Shown one piece after another: positions 50,269 through 59,914 of a DNA stretch of 64,000 nt. The notes below the pieces were generated by a model. It was not told the origin of the DNA, searched no databases, and worked only from the letters and a program-made list of their open reading frames with translations. This stretch comes from Minisyncoccia bacterium (GTDB lineage Bacteria; Patescibacteriota; Minisyncoccia; Phycocordibacterales; UBA918), in the NCBI GenBank assembly GCA_046293175.1, contig JBKBPM010000001.1, positions 299,446 to 363,445 on the forward strand, read 5' to 3'. The translations under genes and the position numbers were made by a program. Each line of letters begins with the position of its first letter. Position 1 is the first letter of the stretch.

Positions 50269-50850
50269 TTATACAAACCGCATACTTTTACTCCCCAGTG
50301 GCTTTAGATACTGCTGATACCGGGCGTCACTTATGGTGAGCTTGTAGTTCAAGCGATTGACTACGATACGGTAGTGCTTCCCTACCTTGCCGCGCACAGT
50401 CACGACGAGCTCAAGCTCAGCTGTCTTACTTTTTGGTACGACGAGGTACCGCAGTGTCCCGACACTGATCTGGGTCAGCCCTCGTGTCTGTACCGCGACA
50501 CTGGCACTAGCAACACTACTCTCCCCGGTACCCTCGATCTGATACATAAAGCCGACAACCGTCTTCCCAGACGCTATAGAAAGCGGTACATAGAGCGGCA
50601 CCTGCTTCGCAGTGAGCTCAAGGACAAAGCGGAATTCACCTACTGCCTTATCTGGACCTTCTGCTACCTTTGTTCGGGAGAAGCGCAGCTTTGTACCACC
50701 TACTCGTACTGCAAGGTATTCATCGATCCCTTCTACCTGCTTCGCAGTCACAAGTTCCTTTTGCAACTGCTTCACACGTCCAGCAAGCTCTTTAAGCTGG
50801 TTCTTTTCAGCTAGTGTCGGCTTTTTCATACTTTTAGTATGAAACGACAT
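50269..50850 (-). CDS. Hypothetical protein (N-terminal coil plus beta-rich domain)
   Basis: Clean ORF; start could be 50829. Confidence 0.75.
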   Translation of the reverse strand: MSFHTKSMKKPTLAEKNQLKELAGRVKQLQKELVTAKQVEGIDEYLAVRVGGTKLRFSRTKVAEGPDKAVGEFRFVLELTAKQVPLYVPLSIASGKTVVGFMYQIEGTGESSVASASVAVQTRGLTQISVGTLRYLVVPKSKTAELELVVTVRGKVGKHYRIVVNRLNYKLTISDARYQQYLKPLGSKSMRFV

Positions 50851-50877
50851 ATGACGGGCTGCAAGACCTACCTGGTA

Positions 50878-51297
50878 CTATAAAAAGTTAAACCCAATGA
50901 CAGCCGCCCCAATCCAACACGATACCGATACTGCCCCAGAGCCGAGGAGTGTGAGCTTCTGTCCACGAGTGAGGCTCGCAAACGGTGTGGTAGTAGACAG
51001 CGCAGACAGCCGACCGATCACAAAGCCGTTCACGAGGAGTGCTAACACCATGAGCATCTTCACTGCAAAGGTAGGTTCTTCAAGCACAATAGGATTTTGT
51101 CTGACCAACATGACACCGGTGACGATCATCGCGCCAAGGCCTACCCAGGCGAGCTGGTGGAGACGCTTGACCTTCACAGCGTTTAGTACAGCCTTCTTCC
51201 CCCGCATATACAGGTATCCATTGTGGTCGGCAATGATGATAACAACCGCAACAAACGCCAGTGCTAAAAGGTGTAGGGCTTCAAATTCAATTTCCAT
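50878..51297 (-). CDS. 4-TM membrane protein
   Basis: His-containing TMs, KM..V..L..NG, SCWIGA. Confidence 0.8.
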   Translation of the reverse strand: MEIEFEALHLLALAFVAVVIIIADHNGYLYMRGKKAVLNAVKVKRLHQLAWVGLGAMIVTGVMLVRQNPIVLEEPTFAVKMLMVLALLVNGFVIGRLSALSTTTPFASLTRGQKLTLLGSGAVSVSCWIGAAVIGFNFL

Positions 51298-51499
51298 ATT
51301 GATTTAAAAATTAAGGCTAGATGTTTCTAGATCAATATCTGTAAGTTTAGTTTTAAGAGAATCTAGAATTGGTATTTATAAATATAACATAAAACTGTCA
51401 ATTATCTCATATATAGTAAAGCTCAACAGTTACAACTTCTTGGCAGAAAGCGGTTCATGTGTCAGTATTAAGGCAGGTTGAACATTTTGGAGGAATGCC

Positions 51500-51958
51500 A
51501 TGAGGTCGATAAGAGTCGACAAGTTTGTGGCAGACTTCTGCTACAAAACTGATAGTCGAGGCCTAGCAAGACCGGAAGAAAAAGCGGTGTCCGCAGCCTT
51601 CTTCTACAAGCCAGGTCTAAAGCATGTAGTACTAGCCGACACGAAGGAAAATATCCGGATCATCAAGGAGTGGAACGACGACCTCATCCGGGTGTATGGA
51701 CAACCGCGACTTTCCCCATATGATTGTCGGTCAATCGTGTGGAAGGGGCGTGGGTGGTTCATCCTGAGCATGCCTGAGAGCGTCTTTCAGTCCCTCTGCG
51801 CGTATGTTGCCGATAGTGGGTACATGCTCACGGAGCGCTCTTTTGAGTTCGAGGACGAGTATGGGAACACGAGCATGTTCCTCTTCCACAGTCCGACGTT
51901 TCGGATGCTGCGGCCACAGCCATTGCGGCTTGAGCAACCGCAGCTGCTGTTGAAATAG
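51500..51958 (+). CDS. Orphan protein, tandem paralog 1 (SD-led cassette)
   Basis: GGAGG SD; shares CYK, FF...L.HVVL..T, W..R.W.I.SM.E, GY.L with 52065-52493; terminator 51962-51989. Confidence 0.8.
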   Translation: MRSIRVDKFVADFCYKTDSRGLARPEEKAVSAAFFYKPGLKHVVLADTKENIRIIKEWNDDLIRVYGQPRLSPYDCRSIVWKGRGWFILSMPESVFQSLCAYVADSGYMLTERSFEFEDEYGNTSMFLFHSPTFRMLRPQPLRLEQPQLLLK

Positions 51959-52064
51959 CGAGGGCGCCTGAGTAATCGGGCGCCTTTTTGATTTTGCTAC
52001 CTAGCTTGGCAGAATGCCGTTCCTATGCCAGTATAAATACAGATAGATCATCGGGAGGTTGATC

Positions 52065-52493
52065 GTGATACCGAACTTCAAAGAGCCTCTACGCGCGAAT
52101 GTTTGCTACAAAGTGAATAGAACTGCTGATGATCTTGATCGTGAAGCGGTCGGTATGTCACTGCGCTTTTTCGCCAATAAGCAACTGCGACATGTGGTCT
52201 TGGAACATACACCAGACCTCGCTCCGGTAGTGAACAGCTGGCGGTCGCATATCGGTGAGCTACCGAAAAAGGCTTTCCCAGTGGACCAGATACGGGTTGT
52301 CATCTGGGCGGCACGGGTATGGATCATCATGTCGATGGAAGAACGGGACGTGTATGGTCTTGTGCTCTATACTGAAGAATGGGGTTATGAACTCCGCCGA
52401 GAAATTCCAATCCGTAGAGATGGAGTTACTACCAACATAAGATTCCCATTCTGGGGTCAGAATTTTTTCACGCTCGTACCAACTGCGTCGTGA
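52065..52493 (+). CDS. Orphan protein, tandem paralog 2 (SD-led cassette)
   Basis: GGAGG SD plus GTG start; duplicated promoter and terminator; TGA stop. Confidence 0.78.
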   Translation: MIPNFKEPLRANVCYKVNRTADDLDREAVGMSLRFFANKQLRHVVLEHTPDLAPVVNSWRSHIGELPKKAFPVDQIRVVIWAARVWIIMSMEERDVYGLVLYTEEWGYELRREIPIRRDGVTTNIRFPFWGQNFFTLVPTAS

Positions 52494-52596
52494 AGAGAAC
52501 CAAATGATATGGCGTCCGGGACACTGGGCGCCTTTTTGATATGGAAAAGAGAAAGGCCGCGCTGGGGAGAGCGCGGCCTTTGGGGGCTGTGACAGG

Positions 52597-52863
52597 TCAG
52601 CAGTAGCCTGTTCCTTGATTCTGACGGCAGAGGACAGGCTTGCCGTCAATGGACACCAAGTAGTTGGTACCCATGACCTCGTAAGTGAACTGGCAGCTTT
52701 CGCTCTCGGCGCATGCTGCGATCAGATCGAGTCCAAGTTGGTTCTGACCTGCAGCGTAGCCGTATTCACGGCCTGCTTCAACGCCCCTTCGGTACGTGTA
52801 CGACGATGCGGCGAAGGTCACGAGCGCAACCGTAAGCATCAAAGCAAGATATTGCAGTTTCAT
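52597..52863 (-). CDS. Small exported/membrane orphan (SD-led cassette)
   Basis: GGAGG SD, N-terminal hydrophobic helix, Y..G..AG...GY..G motif, TGA stop, own terminator. Confidence 0.7.
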   Translation of the reverse strand: MKLQYLALMLTVALVTFAASSYTYRRGVEAGREYGYAAGQNQLGLDLIAACAESESCQFTYEVMGTNYLVSIDGKPVLCRQNQGTGYC

Positions 52864-52925
52864 CTAGAAGAACCTCCGTGTTCAGCTGCTATGATAATAG
52901 CACAGATTTTGGTAAAAATCAAGGG

Positions 52926-53175
52926 TTATGAGAATATAATATTGAAAAAGCCGGGGTGTAACCCCGCCTTTATATATGGGTACTCGACTTCTTCTGCCGA
53001 GACACGTTTTGAAATCGCTTCGACCCACCGGCTCCAGTCATGACGACGAGAGAACGGAATACGGCGGATTGACTCGATATACTCGCCTACCATAACACAG
53101 GCCGTTACGTAAGCTTCTTTAAGGTCTTTGTGGCTCACAAAGTGCAGTGTAGCGATTAGCTTCTTTGTTGGCCAT
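52926..53175 (-). pseudogene. SD-led orphan with an extra G after ATG and an ORF running through its terminator
   Basis: AAGGAGGT SD; ATG frame gives only 18 aa; the shifted frame gives PTKKLIATLHF...EEVEYPY and crosses hairpin 52945-52971. Confidence 0.4.
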
Positions 53176-53295
53176 GGTGACCTCCTTGTCTGGCGGTAGC
53201 ATAGAGGATTTGAGTAGGATGTAAAATGGAAGACCCTCGAAGATTCGGTCCTTACAGAACCAGTACCCGTTGTCGCTATATTGTTTTGCAATTAC

Positions 53296-53501
53296 TGCAG
53301 TGGTCACGAATCACTAAGTATAATCTCTCACTACGTTCAGATTCTACTAAGTGTTCTCGACCCCGCCTCGCGGTTTTTCGCCTTGCGAGGGCGAAAAACA
53401 TCGCTGCGGCTTCCACATCGGCACGGAAGCGATACTTATCGCTTCCTAGACAAAACAAAGACCACTCCAGTGAGTGGTCTTTGTTTGTCTGCCGATGTGG
53501 A
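53296..53501 (-). repeat. Structured element family A, copy 3 (3' of tRNA-Ala TGC)
   Basis: Core 53302-53411; 53412-53423 TCCACATCGGCA is the inverted copy of the tRNA end/trailer 53490-53501. Confidence 0.9.
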
Positions 53502-53570
53502 CCCGAGAAGATTCGAACTCCCTGCCTCCTCAGTGCAAATGAGGCGCTCTACCAAGTGAGCTACGGGCCC
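53498..53570 (-). tRNA. tRNA-Ala(TGC), CCA not encoded
   Basis: GGGCCCGTAGCTCACTTGGTAGAGCGCCTCATTTGCACTGAGGAGGCAGGGAGTTCGAATCTTCTCGGGTCCA; G3:U70. Confidence 0.97.
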
Positions 53571-53641
53571 AAGTTTTGCAAGCGCGACACCTGCAAAGCT
53601 GGTGCATATACTACTTAATCTAGAGTAAATAGTCAATAGGA

Positions 53642-54238
53642 TTATTCTAGAACTTGAAGTTTCCACGGGGTGGCTACAGCGGCTGAACTATACTGTCCAA
53701 TGGTGATTGCATCACCATTCCAGGCCGCAGTCAGCGCGTCACTGATATTGGTGATGAACTTCTTTCCGTTAAAAGAAACCGGCTGAATCACGTTTTCCTC
53801 CACATCAAAGATATAGTGGGTACATTCTTCTACTTCTGTCTGTTGTTCACAGAAATGCACAAAGCGGTGGTCTGCAGATGCGCTATAGGTAGGAATCTTT
53901 TTGTGGATACCTTGGGTAGCAAAACCTTCCACGTTTTCTACTGGCATTATTTCATTACTGAGAGAGAGAACAAACCGATCGCCGTGGACATAGGCATAGA
54001 GTTTGCCATCTTCATAGCGAGCTACTTCCTCTGTGGTTGTTGGTACAACGTCTTCCGGTGGGTTGCCAGTTGGTGGTATATACCCCTCTGGAACAAAATC
54101 AGGGGCTACCACTACCTCGCTGGTTTCCAGAGAGAAGTGATTTGAAATACCAAAACCAATAAAACCGGAAGTAAGTCCAATAATGTAAGCCAGTACAACG
54201 AGCACGGCTTTTTCGTGTTTAGTACCTTCTAAATTCAT
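53642..54238 (-). CDS. Membrane-anchored hypothetical protein
   Basis: N-terminal TM, Pro-rich linker, beta-rich domain. Confidence 0.8.
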   Translation of the reverse strand: MNLEGTKHEKAVLVVLAYIIGLTSGFIGFGISNHFSLETSEVVVAPDFVPEGYIPPTGNPPEDVVPTTTEEVARYEDGKLYAYVHGDRFVLSLSNEIMPVENVEGFATQGIHKKIPTYSASADHRFVHFCEQQTEVEECTHYIFDVEENVIQPVSFNGKKFITNISDALTAAWNGDAITIGQYSSAAVATPWKLQVLE

Positions 54239-54306
54239 ATAGCTACAGTATAGTCCCTAACCATCACTTTGTGTAAGTGGTGTGTTGAAAAAGTTTTACG
54301 AAGCTG

Positions 54307-54663
54307 CTAGCGAAGATTGCTTGTAATGCGGTTGATGCGCTCGGCCATTTCGAGATCGTCTTCGGTCACGGCATTTATACTAGGTGTCTTGAGGGTCACT
54401 TTTACCAGTTCGGGTGTGATGCAGATTTCGGGATAGTGCTTTTGCACTTCGGCATAAACGGTGATGCGGGTGGCAAACATAAAGGCATCGAGGTAGCGTG
54501 AGAAAACAAACTGACCCACCAATACTTGGTGCTTCTGGTCGTAGGTCCAGTGGTGACCCAAGGCGCGCAGACGCTTCTGCGGTACTTTTGGTACCATCAC
54601 CTTTTTGGTTGCCTTTAGCTTCGTGGCTTTGGTGACCTTGTTGGTTATGGTAAGTTTAGCCAT
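54307..54663 (-). CDS. Pterin-4a-carbinolamine dehydratase-like protein
   Basis: W.....F.F..Y..A..F....AE.QKHYP, V.L.T, T..D..MA..I; HHP motif changed to HYP. Confidence 0.8.
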   Translation of the reverse strand: MAKLTITNKVTKATKLKATKKVMVPKVPQKRLRALGHHWTYDQKHQVLVGQFVFSRYLDAFMFATRITVYAEVQKHYPEICITPELVKVTLKTPSINAVTEDDLEMAERINRITSNLR

Positions 54664-54664
54664 A

Positions 54665-55636
54665 TTACGAGTAGACTCGAGCAGTCCGTACTAGGTGATC
54701 AATGAGATCATTAAAACTGAGTCCCACCGCGGCCGCTGCTTTTGGGAAAAGCGATTCACTGGTGAGACCCGGGAGTGTGTTCACTTCAAGGAAGTACACT
54801 TCCCCATCTTTTACAATGCAGTCTGTACGGGAGTACTGCGAGAGTCCCAGGACACGGTGTACTGTCTCAGCAAGTTCAGCAATTTTCTCTTTTTCATCGT
54901 AGGAGAAACGGCCGGGACAAAGTTCAGTGGTACTACCATCATACTTGACTGTTTCATCAAAGAAGGCGCTGCCTTGTGGTGGGATGATTTCGATAGCTGG
55001 AAGAGTGTAGAGCTCATTATCACGGAAGTCACCTAAAACCGCACAGGTAGCCTCTCTTCCTTGTATATGTTCTTCAACCATACATTCGCCGTATTTTGCC
55101 ACCGCATGTGACAGCGCGTCTTTGAGCGTATCAGCCGAAACTATCTGCACACCATGGGATGAGCCACTACTGGTGGGCTTAAGGACATACGTTGGACCAA
55201 AGCTACTAGCTATCACACTGGACACTGCTTCAATATCAAGGAGGTTGTCACTTGTTACTCGAACATGGCGGGGGAGATGAAAGATATGCTCGCGGAGCGC
55301 ACGCTTCGTCATATCTTTGTTGAAGGCCATGGCGGAAGCAAATGAATTACTACCGGTAAATGGGATATGGAGCCGTTCACAGATGCGCTGGACGGTGCCG
55401 TCTTCGCCGTATGCTCCGTGCATGGCAATAAAGACGACATCAGTGGTCATGAGCGCCTTGTCAGGGTCTTTGACCCGACCATCGACAATCCATTCACCAG
55501 CTTTGGAGACGGTGACATCCGCCACATGATAGCCAAGGTCGGAGAGTGCTCGAAGGACACCCGCTCCGGTCTGCATTGACACGTCGTATTCACTACTAGG
55601 TCCGCCACGCAAAACTGCGACACGAGTCTTGATCAT
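54665..55636 (-). CDS. ddl: D-alanine--D-alanine ligase
   Basis: GGPSSEYDVS, HGAYGEDG, GSS.GV, LEVNTLPG.T..SL.P. Confidence 0.97.
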   Translation of the reverse strand: MIKTRVAVLRGGPSSEYDVSMQTGAGVLRALSDLGYHVADVTVSKAGEWIVDGRVKDPDKALMTTDVVFIAMHGAYGEDGTVQRICERLHIPFTGSNSFASAMAFNKDMTKRALREHIFHLPRHVRVTSDNLLDIEAVSSVIASSFGPTYVLKPTSSGSSHGVQIVSADTLKDALSHAVAKYGECMVEEHIQGREATCAVLGDFRDNELYTLPAIEIIPPQGSAFFDETVKYDGSTTELCPGRFSYDEKEKIAELAETVHRVLGLSQYSRTDCIVKDGEVYFLEVNTLPGLTSESLFPKAAAAVGLSFNDLIDHLVRTARVYS

Positions 55637-55679
55637 ATGAATATTTTAGCATGGTATTTGCACCAATAAAAAAACAATA

Positions 55680-56915
55680 TTAGGAAAGTGTGCGTTTGCG
55701 TTGCTTTTGGCGGAAATAGGTGATGGAGAAGCGGTGAGCTTCGGCGTTGGCGTGAAGGATTTCGAGCTTGTGAGCCTCTATAAGAGCATCTGGGCCAAGG
55801 ATATGGTGGGCTTTGTGACGATCGTCCTTCACTACTGCGATGACAGGTATCAAGAGCGCGTGTTCCGCCAGAATAAGCTCAGCGGTGCGTTTCTGAACTT
55901 CGTTACCATCCACCACGATTATATTTGGAAATGGCCACTCCGGGTGTGCGAGGCGGCGGGTGAGGACTTCCTTCAGCGCTGCGGGATCATTCGCGTCTTT
56001 GAGCGTTTTAATCTTGAACTTACGGTACTCGTCCTTTTGCGGTTCGCTCCCTTCTACTACCGTCATCACACCAACCATGTCTTGACCGGCCATATGGGCG
56101 ACGTCATACGCCTCGATGCGCAGCGTACGACTGGTTCGTAAGCTTGCTCGTTCCGCTTTAATGAGTGCAATATCTTGAATATGTTCGAGGGCAAAAATCT
56201 GCTTTTTGATTTTGTTCGCCATCTCGAAGTGTTCGACCTTGGCCTCACGGTGCATATCACGAGTGAGTTCTTTGATAATTTCCTTCTTCTTGCCTTCAAA
56301 AAAGAGCTTTAAGTGCTTGATAGTACGGTCGTAGAGAGCTTTATCGGTGTGATTTGGGTAGAGACCAATCTGGCGATTGAAATCGACTTTGCCGCGAGCG
56401 AGTTTTGTACGCTCGAGTCCAACCGGCTCTTTGGTGTCGTAAAACTGGAAAAGTTTACGGACAATCTTGAGTGCTTCTCGTAAAAGACCACCACTCGGGA
56501 ACGGTCCGAAGTGGTATTTGATTTCTTTTTCGGTGAATTTTTCGGTGAGGTCTTTGCCGCGAACAACCAGCACTCGTGGCCACGGTTCGTTCGTGATCAC
56601 GAGGTGGTTGTATGACTTATCGTCCTTGCTCCTTGTGTTGTACCGTGGCTTGTGGCTACGAATAAGATTCGTCTCAAGGATGAGGGCTTCAAGGACGCTT
56701 TCGGTAGCAGTAACCTCAATTGAGGCGGCCTCGGCTACCATGTTCTTAATCAACTCGGAGCGCTTTTCTTTGATATCGTTCGCGAAGTAACTGCGGATAC
56801 GGTTCTTCAGTGATGTTGCTTTACCGATATATAAAATAGCTTTGTTAGCATCAAGAAAAAAGTACACCCCGGGTGTATCTGGCAGGTCGTAGTTTTTGAG
56901 GTCACTTTTGGTCAT
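55680..56915 (-). CDS. uvrC: Excinuclease UvrC, short form
   Basis: GIY-YIG (PGVY..YIGKA..L..R), FE.A UVR helix, IEAYDVAH, VVDG, EAHRF; no HhH tail. Confidence 0.92.
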   Translation of the reverse strand: MTKSDLKNYDLPDTPGVYFFLDANKAILYIGKATSLKNRIRSYFANDIKEKRSELIKNMVAEAASIEVTATESVLEALILETNLIRSHKPRYNTRSKDDKSYNHLVITNEPWPRVLVVRGKDLTEKFTEKEIKYHFGPFPSGGLLREALKIVRKLFQFYDTKEPVGLERTKLARGKVDFNRQIGLYPNHTDKALYDRTIKHLKLFFEGKKKEIIKELTRDMHREAKVEHFEMANKIKKQIFALEHIQDIALIKAERASLRTSRTLRIEAYDVAHMAGQDMVGVMTVVEGSEPQKDEYRKFKIKTLKDANDPAALKEVLTRRLAHPEWPFPNIIVVDGNEVQKRTAELILAEHALLIPVIAVVKDDRHKAHHILGPDALIEAHKLEILHANAEAHRFSITYFRQKQRKRTLS

Positions 56916-56986
56916 AGCGAAAATACTCTATCACAAAATGTGAAAACCGCCCTGCGGGAGGGCGGTAGTCATCGTCTGGAGAGGCG

Positions 56987-57172
56987 TCAGATTGACGCCC
57001 AGTCCTTGAAGATAGGTTGTTGAGCCTGTTGTTGGTCACCACTCTCACCTTCCGAGTCACCGTATTGAATGGTGTCTTTGGTTTTCTCTCGTGAACGATG
57101 ATTCTGCGCACGTACGCGTGCTTCTTCGACGGCAGCAGCGGTGCTCCCTGGCGGCAGGTCATGGTCAATCAT
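56987..57172 (-). CDS. 61-aa orphan (SD-led cassette)
   Basis: GGGAG SD, TGA stop, terminator 56946-56966. Confidence 0.5.
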   Translation of the reverse strand: MIDHDLPPGSTAAAVEEARVRAQNHRSREKTKDTIQYGDSEGESGDQQQAQQPIFKDWASI

Positions 57173-57253
57173 TATCGTCTCCCAAGTTTGTTACTTTCCT
57201 GGCTATTATCTTACTCCACTACCGTTTATTCTGAGAGTCTAGGCTGTGCTTAA

Positions 57254-59914
57254 CTACAGTACCTTCTTCAAATAGCGGCCGGTATGTGATTTGGGGTTTT
57301 CGGCCACTTCTTCAGGTGTGCCTTTGGCGACTACCTCACCCCCGCCAGCGCCTCCTTCAGGGCCTATGTCGATGATGTAGTCAGCACACTTCACGAGGTC
57401 AAGGTTGTGTTCGATAACCATCACGGTATTACCCTTGTTCACGAGCTCCTGGAGAATCTCAATGAGCTTTCGTACGTCGTCGTAGTGAAGACCAATGGTT
57501 GGCTCATCAAGCAGGTAGATAGTCTTTTGGGTGTGTGGTTTGTAGAGTTCGGACGCTATCTTCACACGCTGGGCCTCTCCACCTGAGAGCGTGGTAGCAC
57601 TTTGACCGAGCTTCAGGTACGAAAGCCCAACATCAAGGAGTGTCTTGAGGCGTTCTTCAATGGCGGGCACGTCTTTGTAGAATTCATACGCTTCTTCGAT
57701 AGTCATCTCGAGCACCTGGTAGATATTCTTTTTCTTGTAGGTGACCTCAAGTGTCTCTTTGGTGAAGCGCCTCCCTTCACAAACATCACATTCGACATAG
57801 ACGGTCGGGAGGAAGTGCATTTCGACCGCAATCTCACCATTTCCCTGACAGGCCTCGCACCGACCACCCTTCACATTAAACGAGAAGCGACCAGGCTTCC
57901 AGCCACGGGCACGAGCTTCACTACTCGCGGCAAAAAGATCACGGATATGGGTGAAAGCACCAGTGTACGTGGCGGGGTTTGAGCGCGGGGTACGACCAAT
58001 TGGCGATTGGTCAATGAGGATGGAGCGGCCGAGGTACTCAGTACCTGTAAAGCTCGCGCAGTTGTACGTCTTTGGACTACGGTAGGCCTTTTCGAGGCGT
58101 GCTTTGAGGTTCCGATCGACAATTTCGTACATGAACGTTGACTTACCCGAACCAGAGACTCCAGTCACACAAATAAGTCGCCCAAGCGGGATATCGATAT
58201 TCAGGTTCTTGATATTAAAGGCTTTGCCACCTTTAATCTTGAGTGAACCCTTTTCACCAGTTCGGCGATCAGGAATTGAAATTGATTTTTCGTGCCGAAG
58301 ATAGGCTAGGGTTGATGAGCCAGAATCATTCTTCTTCGCCTGGAGTAAATCTTCAAGCCAACCGGATACCACTACCTGACCACCATGAATACCCGCTCCT
58401 GGGCCAATGTCAACAATATAATCTGATGCATAGATGGTATCTTCATCATGTTCGACCACGATAATGGTGTTGCCGAGGTCACGCAGCTCTGAAAGCGTCT
58501 TTACCAGCCGATCATTATCGCGCTGATGGAGACCTATGGTTGGTTCATCAAGGACGTAGAGCGCACCGACAAGACCGGAACCAAGCTGGGACGCAAGACG
58601 GATACGCTGGGCCTCACCACCAGAGAGGGTGTTCGCCCGGCGATCAAGTGTGAGGTACTCAATACCGACGTTATTCATGAACTCGAGTCGTTCAATTACC
58701 TCCCGCAGTGCCGGCCAGGCAATTTCTTGCTGATGTTTTGAGAGCTTGAGATTTTCGATAAACTTCGTCGCCTCTTTGACAGTCATCGCGGTGAAATCAA
58801 CGATATTAATACCAAGAGAATTGGCGTCTCCACCGAGGAATACACGGAGAGCCTCTTTACGCAAGCGAGCGCCGTTACAGACTGGACAGACATCACTCTG
58901 GAAAATCCCCACTACCCCAAGTCCGTTACACTCAGGACAGGCACCATACGGTGAGTTGAATGAAAAGAGACGCGGTTCGACTTCAGGGAATGATGAGCCG
59001 TCTACTGGACAAATAAACTTGGCCGAGAGCATGCGTGAGGTGCCGTCTGGAGATTCTATCTTCACCAGACCGTTCGCAAGACCTAGTGCGACTTCTACCG
59101 CTTCGGAGAGACGTTCGTGTGAGCCTTTTGGATCATCGGTGAATTCGCTCACGTAGATCTCATCGACGAGCACATCGATATCGTGACGCTTGGTTTTACT
59201 TAGTTCAATCCGTTCGCGGAGCTGCTTTACTTCCCCATCAATTTTAATCGTTTCAAAGCCTTTCCCGAGGAGATCGTAGAGGAGCTGGTAGTACTCACCC
59301 TTACGGCCGACTACGACTGGTGCAAAAATAACCACCCGACCCTTTGATACTTCAATTCCCATCACCTTTTGTGACTGGGCTTTGGTGGCAGACTTTACTT
59401 CCTTTGATTCGATTGATTCGAGTACGACGCGGAGGATTTCGTCTTGCGACATCTTCTGGATCGGGACATCAACATCAAGACAGTATGGCTGTCCAACTCG
59501 TGCATAGAGAATACGGAGGTAGTCGTAAATTTCGGTGATGGTGGCGACGGTCGAACGAGGGTTCCGACTCGCTGACTTTTGGTCAATGGAGATGGCTGGT
59601 GAGAGACCAGAGATTTCGTCGACATCAGGTTTCTGCATCTTGTTGAGGAACTGACGGGCGTACGGCGACAATGATTCGACGTAGCGACGTTGTCCTTCGG
59701 CAAAGATTGTGTCAAACGCAAGCGATGACTTGCCTGAGCCAGACGGACCGGTGATGGCAATCATCGCACCACGAGGCATTTCGACCGAGATGTCTTTGAG
59801 GTTGTGGGTACGAGCACCCCGCACGATGATCTTTTGTGATCGATCGTCCATGTTGGTGCGAGTCACCTTCTTTGGTGGCTGCTTTTCTTCACCTTTCTTG
59901 GTACCCTTAGCCAT
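57254..59914 (-). CDS. uvrA: Excinuclease UvrA
   Basis: Two Walker A ([16 protein letters not shown]), two LSGGEAQR, Zn finger CEAC..CDVC. Confidence 0.98.
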   Translation of the reverse strand: MAKGTKKGEEKQPPKKVTRTNMDDRSQKIIVRGARTHNLKDISVEMPRGAMIAITGPSGSGKSSLAFDTIFAEGQRRYVESLSPYARQFLNKMQKPDVDEISGLSPAISIDQKSASRNPRSTVATITEIYDYLRILYARVGQPYCLDVDVPIQKMSQDEILRVVLESIESKEVKSATKAQSQKVMGIEVSKGRVVIFAPVVVGRKGEYYQLLYDLLGKGFETIKIDGEVKQLRERIELSKTKRHDIDVLVDEIYVSEFTDDPKGSHERLSEAVEVALGLANGLVKIESPDGTSRMLSAKFICPVDGSSFPEVEPRLFSFNSPYGACPECNGLGVVGIFQSDVCPVCNGARLRKEALRVFLGGDANSLGINIVDFTAMTVKEATKFIENLKLSKHQQEIAWPALREVIERLEFMNNVGIEYLTLDRRANTLSGGEAQRIRLASQLGSGLVGALYVLDEPTIGLHQRDNDRLVKTLSELRDLGNTIIVVEHDEDTIYASDYIVDIGPGAGIHGGQVVVSGWLEDLLQAKKNDSGSSTLAYLRHEKSISIPDRRTGEKGSLKIKGGKAFNIKNLNIDIPLGRLICVTGVSGSGKSTFMYEIVDRNLKARLEKAYRSPKTYNCASFTGTEYLGRSILIDQSPIGRTPRSNPATYTGAFTHIRDLFAASSEARARGWKPGRFSFNVKGGRCEACQGNGEIAVEMHFLPTVYVECDVCEGRRFTKETLEVTYKKKNIYQVLEMTIEEAYEFYKDVPAIEERLKTLLDVGLSYLKLGQSATTLSGGEAQRVKIASELYKPHTQKTIYLLDEPTIGLHYDDVRKLIEILQELVNKGNTVMVIEHNLDLVKCADYIIDIGPEGGAGGGEVVAKGTPEEVAENPKSHTGRYLKKVL

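Noticed and set aside
45659-53570. Prophage or integrative element between the two tRNA-Ala genes
   Set aside because: tRNA fragments are inverted rather than direct att repeats, there is no integrase or phage gene, and queA and rnhA lie inside.
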